DNA of 64,000 bases, taken from NCBI GenBank assembly GCA_051047955.1, contig JBPGPT010000046.1, forward strand, positions 1 to 64,000. The letters are read 5' to 3'. A model generated the notes under the pieces. It was given only the letters and a program-made list of their open reading frames with translations. It was not told where the DNA came from and made no database searches. This stretch comes from Cystobasidiomycetes sp. EMM_F5. Lineage: Eukaryota. Numbering within the stretch: position 1 is the first letter of the stretch; every line of letters starts with the position of its first letter. Of the stretch, positions 35,671-47,280 are shown one piece after another. The position numbers were made by a program, and so were the translations under genes.

Positions 35671-37166
35671 ATGAACGACAATGATGTCCTTTTGAAACCT
35701 TCCGGTTCCACCAGTACTGCGAGTAGATGCCAAATGTAAGCAAACATGCACTTCGGAGCGTCACGTACTTTTGGTCTGACGAGCGTCTGGCTGCAGATGT
35801 AAGAAGCAAGTCGCCAAATACACCTGTCCAACCTGCAACCTTCGATACTGTTCACTCAGCTGCTTCCGGGATGAAGTGCGCTGTCAACTTCGTCCGGTAT
35901 TGGTGATGGCTGACATCTAGCACAAAGAAACATGGCAATTGCTCGGAATCCTTCTATAAACAGAGCATTGTTGACGAAGTTCAAGGTCGCAACGATGTCT
36001 CGAAAGAAGACAAACAGAAAGTGATGGATATGGTGCAGCGTCTGCAGCAAATGGATGAGAGCAACGACAACGATAGCGAAAGCGAGAGTGGAGTCGATGA
36101 GGGACCTCTAGCAGCATTGAACGTTGCGGACCTCGGTGCGCTTGCTTATCCTTGATCGCTGATGACACTGCTGAGGTTCAAATGATGCAGACAATATGTC
36201 CACGGAACAGCTACTGGCCCAATTGACTGAATCGCAAAGATCGGCTTTCGCGAAAATGCTGCGTGATCCAGCCAAAGCTACGGAACTGCTGGATGACGAC
36301 ACTCTGCAGCAGTTGGACGCATCGTCCTCATCCTCTTGGTGGAATGTCCATACTGAGGCATCAACGCAATCTGCCAGTAGCAAGGGGAAGGGTCGAGCGG
36401 TGCCAACACCCATTGCGCTGGAAGCCTTGCTGCCAGTGAAGAACCAGGACGTGGAACTACCTCTTGCATATAATCTGCTCGCTGTGCTGTAAGAGAGGCA
36501 GCTATGTTTTGCTATGGACAAAAACGCTGACAGGACGCCCATAGCTGTGCATACGCATTACAGTACCATGTCCTTCCAGACGATGCATCGTTCAATGAGA
36601 GATGTCTCATGCTGGTTAACTTGTTACCGTTCGTCGTTGAGCAGTCGACTATGGTGCTGCAGAGCGTGCATGAAGCATGCGAGTATGTTCTGTCACGGAT
36701 AGAGCGTCACTCGGTGCGTACCAGTTTCTCAGCCAATATAGCTTTACTGACGTGACCCTGATAGGTTGTAGACCGCGCTAAGCTGTCTATACTTTTGTGC
36801 CGTGATACTGCGGCCATGCTGTACGAGAACAGTAGGATACAGGATCTCGAGCAAGGCCAACGAGTTTCAAAAAACAAGACATTCTTGGCACTTTCCGACG
36901 TGTACAATATATTCATGTCAAGTGCTGCAAAGTCAGTCAAGAAGAAGACTTCTACGCTAGGCGCTTCCAAGATCCTGTTTTATGCGTCGAATCTGGATCG
37001 CATCCCGCGCAGCCGAGTGACTCGAGATCTAGACGCGTATATTGCACAAATGGAGCGGCAGAAGGTTCTGGAGGAGGAGCTGCAACTTACGGCAACGCAA
37101 CGGCTGAACATTGATACTCCAACGAACAATAACAAGAAGTCTAAATCCGAGGTACAAATACTGTAG
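35671..37166 (+). CDS. Zinc-finger HIT domain protein (ZNHIT2-like)
   Basis: Spliced CQI-CKKQVAKYTCPTCNLRYCSLSCFRDE-KHGNCSESFYK. Later motifs LAYNLLAVL, LALSDVYNIF and KILFYAS. Confidence 0.8.
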
Positions 37167-37201
37167 CCATAGTAATGTTGAACATAAGCATCAGCGAGCT
37201 G

Positions 37202-38993
37202 CTAGTATGCCGTTGTCTTCCGCCTGCCTTGCAGACCATACACAGTCAGAGATCCGCTTGACCAGCGGTCCCCTTCCTTCACATCATATCCTTCGCGAGC
37301 GAGAAGCTTCTTGACGGCTGGTAACAGAACCGGGTTTTGCCCACTTGAATGTTTGCCTGCTCCTGTTATGATGGTAAACGTGGTTGGTCCAGATGGAGCT
37401 GCATTGGCGATACATGTCAGCTTGCAAAGAACGGTGTTGTGTAATCAAAACTCACTCGTCCACCAAGAAACCAAGCATTCTTGGGTGACCGTTAGGGCTT
37501 GACTGACTGTGAGGCCATGCAGATCGATGAATTGCATAGTGCGCGCTTGAGTCCTTCGCTCGTCCACGAGGGCACGGGCGCCTCGCAGGTCCCACTGTCG
37601 TGCTTGGCGATCAAGCTGCCGTCCATGGTCCGCCCAATATGCTGCCACTCCGGAATTGCCAATAGCGGTTTTCCTCTGCCAGGTACGTGCAGCATTGCGA
37701 TAAGCTTCGTCCCGCTTGTCTCGTAGGGTGAAAGCCAGTGTCACGCAGTCAATCGCGGACGGCGGTCGCTCAAAGGGAGCGGCTTGCTTCTGGGCAGCGG
37801 GAACTCTACCGTTTTGTACGCCAGCGGCGGGATTCGGCTTGTGCACTAATAACGCCGAGTTCCTCATCGACTTGGAGGAATTGTCATCTAGCAAAAGGGC
37901 GTGTGCTAGCGGAGTGCCTTGACGTGCGTGTAGGTCGGTCAAGGTTTGAAACAGCTCAATAGCTTTTGTGACGTCGCCTTTGGTAGACGTCAAGCATCTA
38001 CGCAGGGCGGAGACGGGTCGATCGGGAAAGAGCGACTGTAGTTGTCCGAGCTTGCCATGAGCATCTTCTATAGTATCAAACGACTCTTCAACGCTGTCCA
38101 TCAACTTGGACATTGCCAGCGGTAGAGAGTTGTTATTTTGGTAAAACAATGATGACAGTTGTCCTGGTGGAATCCCGACCAGCGTAGCAAGATACAAGAC
38201 GGTAGAATCAGTCTTCGCCCAGACATTCTCAGGAGGCTTCGGCTGGAAGATATCGATGTTGTGCATAGCTTTATTGGAGTGACCTCGCGGAGTCGCCGTC
38301 AAAGACACAGTCTGTTTCCCTCGCTTGCCTTGCTGTTTAACAGACTATATCAACGCGGTCCCATCTCATATTGTCATATTGACACCAACCTGACGATGCT
38401 TGCGCCTAGCTGGCTGATCTGAAAACTCTTGTTCGCCAGAAGTCAGCCATTGTATGTATTCTTGCTCCTCCTCTCGTATCAGAAAATCTTCCGTCAACAG
38501 GGTTTCTATGGCAAGCTTAATATGAGTTAGTACCACTAAGCAGGTCCCTTCGGTCGTTGACAGAGATTACCTCGACATCGAGCTTGGCGTCTTGCAAAGC
38601 GAGATCCAACTCCAAACGATCTCGTTTCGGGAAGAGACGTTTCAAAAATCCAAGAGGATCCAACTCATCATCAGAGTACGAGGCTTCGCTGTCTTTGCCA
38701 TTTTGAGATTCTGATGTTTCGTCGGACCAATTCTTGAATGCATGTTCTACCTCATCATCGTCGGTAGCCAGTGTGCTTGCGGCCAGCGAGCTCCCCGAAT
38801 CATCGTAGACTGCCATATCCAGGGTGTGCGAACTCGTTGATGCGCTCGCTGCGTCCCTCAGCGCCGTCAACGTTGCGCGAGCTGCATCTTCGCTAGCAGC
38901 GGTGCCGTCATCGTATTCCGAGCAGATTGCAAAGACGAGCGCGCTGTCCAGATGGCTCGAGTAATCAGGCAGCAGCTTCTCAGCGAGCGACAT
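37202..38993 (-). CDS. CUE2: CUE + DUF1771 + Smr domain endonuclease (Cue2/N4BP2-like)
   Basis: CUE-like segments LGFLKRLFP and LQSLFPD...LTSTKGDV; AARTWQR...GVAAYWAD; Smr motifs IDLHGLTVSQAL and TIITGAGKHS. Stop at 37202-37204. Confidence 0.8.
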
Positions 38994-39275
38994 AGTCCGG
39001 CAATGTTAAAGCTGAAGTCGATAATTGCGACCGCAGCGACAGCATGCTACTTTGAAATCTGAGACACCGAAGGACGACGATCGAGGTATCGCAGAGGGCC
39101 AAAAGCATACGCATGATATCGAGGCCTGAAGTATGCCTGATTACATGCCAAATTCTATCACAATATTGGTATTCATCTCCGCTAAAAAGCTAGGGCGGAT
39201 CGGCCCATTTTGTACAAGAGATCTTCGAAAAGGCTGTTTTTCACAAGAACAACAACAATCGCCGCCTTTCCCGAG

Positions 39276-42169
39276 TCATCTCCAAGCTGGCTTATTGAGA
39301 GAGCCTCCTCTCGAGCTGACAGAGCCCGAGGGAGATCGCACGTGCTGAGGCGATTTGACTGGCAGTGTATTGCTAAACGGAGATCCGGTACGAGCCATTT
39401 CATCCTTTTGTCCGGCTAGTCTGCCTGCCTTGAGGTGCACCTTCTTCGCTTCAGAGACGCGCTCCACTGTGCGCCCGGATCCTGGACTCCTTGCAGCCTG
39501 CGAGATGGACGACATTCGTTTCTTGGGCGAGTCTTGACGTGGCAGCAGCATTGACGGATGGGTTTTGACTGTACGTGGTGGAATGGGCGGTCGGCTAGAC
39601 AGGGAGGTGGTTGGCACGGACGGTAGAACCAGACGCGAAGACGTGTCAACTTTGTCCACCATGCTCAAGACATGCTCCGCCGAGACATGTCTGTTCTGAG
39701 GCGGCGAGATGTTGACTGATGCCCTTTCTGACGACTTGGCGGTTATATTTACGTCTGGTGCCTGCTTCAGCCAGCCTATCGAGCTAGTCCTCGCCAGAGA
39801 CGCCTGCGTCGGACGAGCAAACGAGCCAAGCTGCTGCGTGGATGTGCTTGGCACTCGCAGTGGACCAGTAGGAGCAGCCGGCGCAGCTTCAAGAAGTGCT
39901 GATGCATCCTGTGAAACGTGGATCTTCTGATCGGAAATAGAAGATAGAGAACCCGTTGTGGCCAAGGAGCGGAGACTGCTGAATGATTTTTTGAAGAGAC
40001 TGGATGTTGAAGTTGTTCGGGCAATTATCTTATTGGGTGAGTTAGATCCAGCCAACGGAGGCAACTTTCGTGATCCAGCTGCTTGAGCATTCACTTTGCG
40101 GGGACTGCCATAGGCGCCCGCTGGTCGTGCACTTGAACGCTTGACGGGTACGACATCCTGTCCATATTTCAGTGCTCGTATGCGTTCCCTGTCCAATTCT
40201 TTGCTAGCAGCAGACTTGTCTGGCTTTGGACCAGGTGGTCCCGAGCTCTCATTCGCGAAGATGCTTGGACGATGCGAGAAACTGCCAGCCAACGGGACAC
40301 CGAGCCTAGAGGGATTCGAAATCTTGCTACCGAGGGAATCGTGAGACGGACCAATTAACGTAGTGCTGGATGTTTGCTCAATTTTTGCCCTTTTCTGCGG
40401 AACTTCTACGGGAGCAGACCGCTTTACGGCATAATGACCAGCAATGGAATCCATTCTATCACACATGATTTTAATGCCATCAGCTGTATGTCTTGAAGCA
40501 TATGACCCAACATGACCCACTTTGCGAACTCCTTTTCGTGATGATCAGCAAATCTGACAGCCGTTGACGAAGTCGACCGTGGCATAGGCTTAAACATTGC
40601 TCCTCCTGCTTTATTGAAGATAGACGTATCGAGTCGAAGGTCTGTTCCCGCTCGTCGGTTAAGCTCCTCGAGCATCTTCTCTCGTGTTCCGATACCTAGC
40701 ATGCGCTGTGCTGATGCCTCGAACGCATCTCTGCTCGCTGTATCCTGAGCGGCAGAGGGTGTCCCAAACACAAAGACAGGAGGACGAGCGGCTGCTCCTA
40801 GTCTGACGGGACTATCTGCCAAACGAGCAGGACCATCATTTGTAATGAGATCATCCGAAGAAGGGTTTGCAGTCTCTTGCGGGACTTGAGTCTCGATGCC
40901 GTCACTATTCATTTGCTCTTGTTGGGTTAGGTCTTGAGGTTGACCCCTATCCGGGATAGTCAATGCTAGAGCAAAGGATGGTAGAGGGGGGACGACGCCA
41001 TCGAATTTGGGAGGTCTGGAAGCGATATGACCAGCACGTTTCGGTATACCGGCAATGCGTCTCGCTTTTTCTGAGCCGGGTGTCGCTGGATTGAGAGGTG
41101 AGGCGGGGTTGTTTGCACTGGGCGGGACGAGGCGTATCGTATTTAGCGCTGCAAAGTAGCCGTCCAGCCTCGTTTCATCACACCCTTCCTCATCCTCCTC
41201 TTCTTGACGAAACTCCTCGAATCGACGCTTGTAGGCACTCGTAGGAACTAGGTGACTTGCTTGCGGAAGGGGCGATTTGCACGGGGAAACAAAGATGACA
41301 CCAGCGGGGCTATTTGGACATGGCGGCCATTGCTGTACGCGATCTACCAATGCTGAATAGCCATCGAGGCTCGGTCGAGCAATGTAGGATTCGTCGATAC
41401 AGGTATGGTTGGGCATCGTATTGTCCACGACACGATATTCGTATGTCATGTCGGGAGCAATAGATTGAACTGATCTTGTACTCTCGTACGATTTGCGACG
41501 ACTTGGCATGCTGCCCGGTATCTGCACCACGGTATCGAGCGAAGTTTGTGTGCTGTCTGAAATGGTGGCATCACATGTCCCCTCGACTGTCGCGCGAGAA
41601 GCAAGAGAATTGCAGGAAGCAGCCGATGCTAGGGATTTACTTGATCCTCCGAATGCTCGAGATGCAATATCCTTCAGACTTCTCCAGCTTGAAGTCTTTG
41701 ATATTTCGCAGACTTCTGAAGCAGGGTGGCAAGTCAACATCCACAAGACATTCTCACAAGCAGCAAGAGCCTCACGCGACGACCCAGCAAATGATCCAAA
41801 CTCGTGCGTATTGCAAATCAGTTCCTCGTGCTGTAAGCCGTGCTGTTGTTGCCCGTCTATTGTTTCCCGGCCATCGTCATTGTCGTTGTCGCCATTGCTC
41901 AGCACAGCCGTCAGCTTTGACGGGGACAAGTCTCGCATGCTCTTGAGACGACGTAGCAGTGCATCCTTCTGCAGACATCGATACAAATATCAGCTGAATT
42001 GGCTATCAATTTGCAATACTAGTCGCGGTTCGTAACGGACCTTGCCGGTACTCTTTAGGCCATACCGCGAGCACATGGATCGCAGCTGCTGATGCTTGAG
42101 CGAGTCGAGTGCTGGCGAGTTGAAGATGATGAGCTGCACTGCATGGCTCGTTGATGGTCGGCTGTCCAT
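39276..42169 (-). CDS. SAP-domain, low-complexity basic protein with a NuSAP-like motif
   Basis: Spliced N-terminus LDSLKHQQLRSMCSRYGLKSTGK-KDALLRRLK (SAP-like). Motif RFADHHEKEFAK-MDSIAGHYAVKR spans intron 40456-40520. S/P/K/R-rich tail. Confidence 0.65.
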
Positions 42170-42697
42170 GGTTGGCCAGGGTTGGTCGGGGAGAGCGAAA
42201 CAGCAAGCAGCACGATACGCAACAAGAAGCATATGAATTCTCAAGCACAATCGCATCTACTGCTTTCAGATACTGTTACTGTACATTCGCCGATGTTGCA
42301 CTACTACTCAGGCTCCATTTCGACCATTGCAGCGGTTATCGCCCTCTTCCATCGCTAAACGGTAGAAGACTTCGGTCAGGCTGTCTCTGTCACCATAGGC
42401 GACGAGTGGCACAGTTGCTGGCCGTATATGGTATTTTGAAGTGTAGGGCGCGGATTCCTTTACAGCTTCTCGTGGTTTCAAGCCGGCCGCTTGAGGTCGA
42501 GCTGCATTGCGACCGAAAAATCAACGACAAATGTCAGAGCGCGCAGCATGCTGTTGTTGAAATTGCCGATGCATGCATATGTCTACGTCCTGCATGTCGA
42601 GTCTTGCTGCTCCTGCATTGCCTTCGTTCAGTCGGCACAAAGTCGAGGCGAGTCTCGAATTTTTGGCTTGCTCTCGCTCAGACCATCTGCGCGATAA

Positions 42698-43875
42698 ATG
42701 GCCTCACTTCTGGCTTCATTGCCAGTCGAGGCGAGTCAGCCATACTTACCCTACATCTCTGAACATTTCACTTACTTGTCATTATTGCAGCTCCTCCTCC
42801 AGATCCACCTCCAATCCGTCTCATCGTGGTTCCCTCTGACAAATCGCCACATCCACCAATCCATTGCAGAAAACTCGCCCCAGTCATACAGGATCCAATG
42901 GCTAGTCGCACGGCTCGCAAGGGACGGCTACACCCTTTCATGCCGAAATCCGAAACCAGCAGCATTCTTGACGCACGCCCTACGTTTCCCTCTATGTACG
43001 CTCGATATACTCAAAACACTTCAAGATAGGTGCAAATCGTGTTTTAGCGATGCTGCGGGAGCTCATCTAGTCCGCTTGGCTGAAAGTATGCGCGAAAAGC
43101 AAACAGCCGACTCACCGAGTGCCGATAGCGAACAGCTCGAGCCGCCCACGACCGCTCAGATATCAGCAGAAGCAGCCAGGCTCCTGGATACATCACTACG
43201 CTGTCATCGTCCAGACATCCCGAAACATGTCTTTCGCAAACTCCAAGCATGCGCCGTCCCATCTTCCCGTTCTCGGCTATCACTCCCTACAAGTCGTGCA
43301 TCATGTCTCAACTTCGATACTATCGACTTTCCTATACTCCGTTATATGCTCGTCGAGCTACACGCCAACCCCGATAGTAGTAAAGGGTATCCTTTGGCAA
43401 GAGCAGTTCTAGCTCGCCATATACCCCTCATCCATCTACTCTTACATCACGGTGCAGATCCGTCCGTTCGAGAAAACATGAGCGTCATGCTCGCTATCGG
43501 AAGGAACGATACGGAAATCACACGCATGCTGATAGAGTACACCGAGCCTATCGTTGACGTATTGGACGAGTTGGTCGTTTGTGACAGCACGACCACAGCA
43601 GAAGGGACAGCATGCCGGAGAAAGAGGTCGCTCAGGGATACAAGTCAGAAACCGCGCAAGAAGAAGAGGTTCACAGATCGTATAGACGTCACTTCGGCAA
43701 TGCTCGAGCTGGCAGTCAAACAAAAGCATGAACCCCTTATACAGTATTTTCTTGCCAAAGGTGACTAAACCAAATGCATTTTCCGACTTGGTAATGTATG
43801 CTAATCAAGTCGTCATGCTTTTTATCGACAGGCGCAGTGCCAAATCTACGCACTTTAGGCATGATCCAAGCGTAG
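42698..43875 (+). CDS. Ankyrin-repeat protein with an F-box-like N-terminus
   Basis: LASLPVE-LLLQIHL after a GC-AG intron at 42731-42790. Ankyrin-like ANPDSSKGYPLARAV...LIHLLLHHGADP and MLELAVKQKHEPLIQYFLAK-GAVP. Stop at 43873-43875. Confidence 0.75.
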
Positions 43876-44110
43876 TCTATACGATTTCAAATGTCATAAT
43901 CGGGAAGCAGGAAGAGATCAGAAGTGCCACAAGTCTGATAAAGTTGCTAGCAATAGTTCTACATTCACCACTCTTTGTTCACGCGACCCAGCGCGTGCAT
44001 ACAACGTGGCCTTTGCATAGGCAGCATCTTGATAGTCGTGTTTATTTTGTTAATTCATATCTGCTACACGCATTTCGAGTACCCGTACTCAGATCATCTG
44101 TCGTAGAAGT

Positions 44111-45525
44111 CTACAAGCTAACAGCACCCAGCATCTGCAGCTCGAGCGGATCGGCCAGCAGGGTATTGAGAAGCGCAGCCAGTCGTATCCCGCCCATTGC
44201 CAACAGCTTCTCCACGACCTTGTCGTTAACAATCTTGCCATGATATGCTTGCGTGTTCAACTCTCTTGGCTCTTTGACATCATCATAGTCGCTCGGGTAG
44301 ACGTGCGAGCAGCAGTACTGATGCACTTCTGGTGCCCAGGCTTCGGGACACGCAACTGCACTCAATGTGCTTGTCCGATCTGACTGTCCAAATACCATTT
44401 GAGCGTCGTTTCCACCGATTTGCGCATTAGAATTAGGGGCAGGACATTGCAGCCAGGCACCCAAGTCGTTCTTCCACCACTGGCGTATACCTTCCCAGAC
44501 GACCCAGCGGACGTAAGGATCGTAGATTGACCCAGTCAAGACAGACTCAATCTGTTTTGATGGCAGAGGCAGCGTATAGTTGCGGATCTCACGGATCGAC
44601 TTTGTCAGAAGTTGCGTGTCCCACAGACCTGAAAGAATTCATGACTTCGTAAGTCTCGAGGCTGACTTTGACTGCCAAAAGGCACAACATACCGTGAAGC
44701 GACATGTGCCTGCCCTCAAACAGCACTGGATCACCATTTCCGCCCCGCTGACGACCAGTAAGGCTGGACATCGTGCATCAGCAATATACCGTCATGCATA
44801 ACAGAATGCGAGACTCGCTGGAGTGGCTGATGAACATCGCCTACCTGTCATGACAGCGAATGTTTAGCGAGGTCATGCCTGCCTATGTGAATGCTCCGCT
44901 CACATAATGCACCAGGAAGCGAAGGTCAATGTCTTCCCGGCCAATCTCAAAGCGAGTTGTATAGTTTCCGATAGCTGTGAACATCTCGAACATCAGTAAA
45001 ATCCCTCGTCCGCATCAAACTGCTACGCACCGGCCAGAACATTCCGGTCATTGACAAATTCGCCCCTGTATGTGCAGTCTTGAGGCGGGTGTTCTGGACT
45101 GACAGGAGTGGCGTAGTGAAGCTGACCGGACCACGGCAGATGGATTCGCACTCGATCTGGCCATGATGCTATGACTGCGAGATTGCCTTTCGTGTACTCT
45201 GGTAAGATTTCCTTGATTGCCTGTCGAGCGGATGGGTGTAGATGGACTGTTTGGGTGATGGAGGGATGTCACAAAACAGTCAGAATAAGGGACTGCGGGC
45301 ACGAGTGGAAGCGATGTGTTCCTTTTCGATGAGATCTATATGCTCACTTTGCGCTATAGTCGCGACTATCTGATGGCCTGCACAGATGAGTTTGTTTTGT
45401 TTACGCCATCAGTACACGTATACGCGCTCGTTGAACGATAACCTACCAGCCACGCCCCATGCGACAGCCTGCTGTACGCCTGCAAGTCCAAGCAGAAGCA
45501 GCAACGCTCTGGAATTCGCCATCAT
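44111..45525 (-). CDS. S1/P1 nuclease, secreted
   Basis: Signal peptide, then mature N-terminus WGVA-GHQIVATIAQ. Motifs LRFLVHY-VGDVHQPL, LH-SVWD and KLLAMGGIRLAALLN. Confidence 0.9.
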
Positions 45526-45673
45526 GCTTCGCTTGGTCGGAAGCAATAATGCATTACCCATGAACGAGTCCACTTGGCAACGCTCCTTCGTTTGGTCAAG
45601 AAGTCGACATTCTGGCAATGTATTGTCGTAGGGCAAACTGTAGTTTGTAACGGAGTTTGGTGCCGTTACATCG

Positions 45674-47005
45674 TCACTGCCGCATGAATTTGCGAACCTT
45701 GCGACTAAACGTCTTTAACGGAGATGTCTCCTCCAATCTACCCAACACCAGCTTATCTCGCATGCGCTTGAGATGCTCTTCCGTTTTCATTCCGTGTATC
45801 ACGAGAACCGTTTCTGGATCATACTGAATCTCCTCTCGCCGCCAATTTCTCCACTCTCCCATCCTCCCGTCCAAATTCAGTCGGATTAGCTTCTCGCCTG
45901 GCGGTAAGCTGTATAGTAGCCTTCCAGTACGCACGTCCTCAGGTCCGCGTAGTCGTCGGGCCCCGAGATCTGCGTTTCCAATCCACTGATACAAGGGACT
46001 GGTCAAGCCGTAACCAAGGCCAGTAAAGAAGAATGGCCAACCCCGCATAATTCCGCAGCTGTGCCAGGTAACATTTGTCAATACTATAAACACGACTTGG
46101 ACTCGTAACCCACGTCGGATCTGAGCATGAGCCCATATAGTACAAGCTGCTGCAGTCCAGCGTTTTCAGAAGGTCAACAAGGTTGGCGACCACCAGTAAT
46201 GCCTGCGGAACAAACTACGTCTAGTACCTATGCATGAGTGTATGACAGTACTTACATCATCATCCACCTTGAAGGCAAATTGAGGAGCCGGTGCAGGTCT
46301 TGTGGCGAGGTAGCGAAAGAAGGCATAGGACTTCCCCTTGTTCATGTTTTCCGCCTCGTCCAGTAAGACGATGTCATCGTGCATTTCCATCTCTGCCTTG
46401 AGAGCTATGCTCTCTTCCTCCAGCTTCGGCTGCCCTAATATAAACTTAAATTCAACCTTGGCTCCGTTGACATATTCGCTGTGTGGTTTCTCATATTTCC
46501 GCAGGATGTCCCGTCGGGATGCTCGGGAAGCGATGCTGAACACTCCGACGTATAAAAGCGGGTTATCTGGCCCTCTGTCGCACTGTATAGATGAGGGAGG
46601 CTCAGAGTTTCGTAGCTCCGGAATAACTTGCAGTCTTGCATGCTGTTTGGTCAAGCCGGACTCTATCTTATATGTGACAGGCCAACGCCAGGGTCGTAAG
46701 ACTACTCCATGTTCTCCGAGCTGGTAATGGCGGAAGAAGTGGCTTGGCTCAGTGCGATCCCATACCAGCTCCAACACGTCGTAGCCATTAAGATAGATCA
46801 GCCGCAGAGCAATGAGAACGGCACAATATGCAGATAGCCGTGCGAAGGGGAACCTGCAGAGTCGCCGAGTACGTCTGCGAGTAGATGGTCGTTGAGACCA
46901 TTCGCTAAGGGAGATGAAAGGGGAACGTAATGGCAGCAATAGCGGAGATGGTCGAGGGCGCTGCGATGCCCTTGTGGCCAGATAGGCAGATTGCAATTCG
47001 GTCAT
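45674..47005 (-). CDS. Glycosyltransferase family 31 (beta-1,3-galactosyltransferase-like), type II membrane protein
   Basis: TM anchor LSAYCAVLIALRLIYL. Motifs LYVGVFS..RRDILR, EMEMHDDIVLL..ENMNKGKS, FAFKVDDD, FFTGLGYGL, EDVRTG and HGMK. Start is uncertain. Confidence 0.85.
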
Positions 47006-47280
47006 GCTGCGCTGTGAGAATTGCACGTACATCGATGTAGGACTCTGTCACTCCGGTAGCCATTCTCGAGCGACGTCGACAGCCCGGAAGCCAGCCGTTT
47101 GCTTTGGCAATAGTTCGCCACGACCCTATCTCTTTTTTGTAAAACGGCCGAGGCGAATACAGCGCCACTGTTGTTTGATTGTCAGCTTATCAGCCTCGAC
47201 CACTGCAGAAACCTCAGTACGCAGGTCAGTTTTCTTCAAAATTGGTCGCAACAACAATACGATAATGTGACTCCACTCCA

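Noticed and set aside
42742..42751. ATACTTACC resembling the U1 snRNA 5' end
   Set aside because: It lies inside a 60-nt intron, is not followed by TG, and has no U1 stem-loops or Sm site.
42151..42762. 203-aa plus-strand ORF between the SAP and ankyrin genes
   Set aside because: Non-ATG start, Cys/Arg-rich random-like composition, and it spans a divergent promoter.
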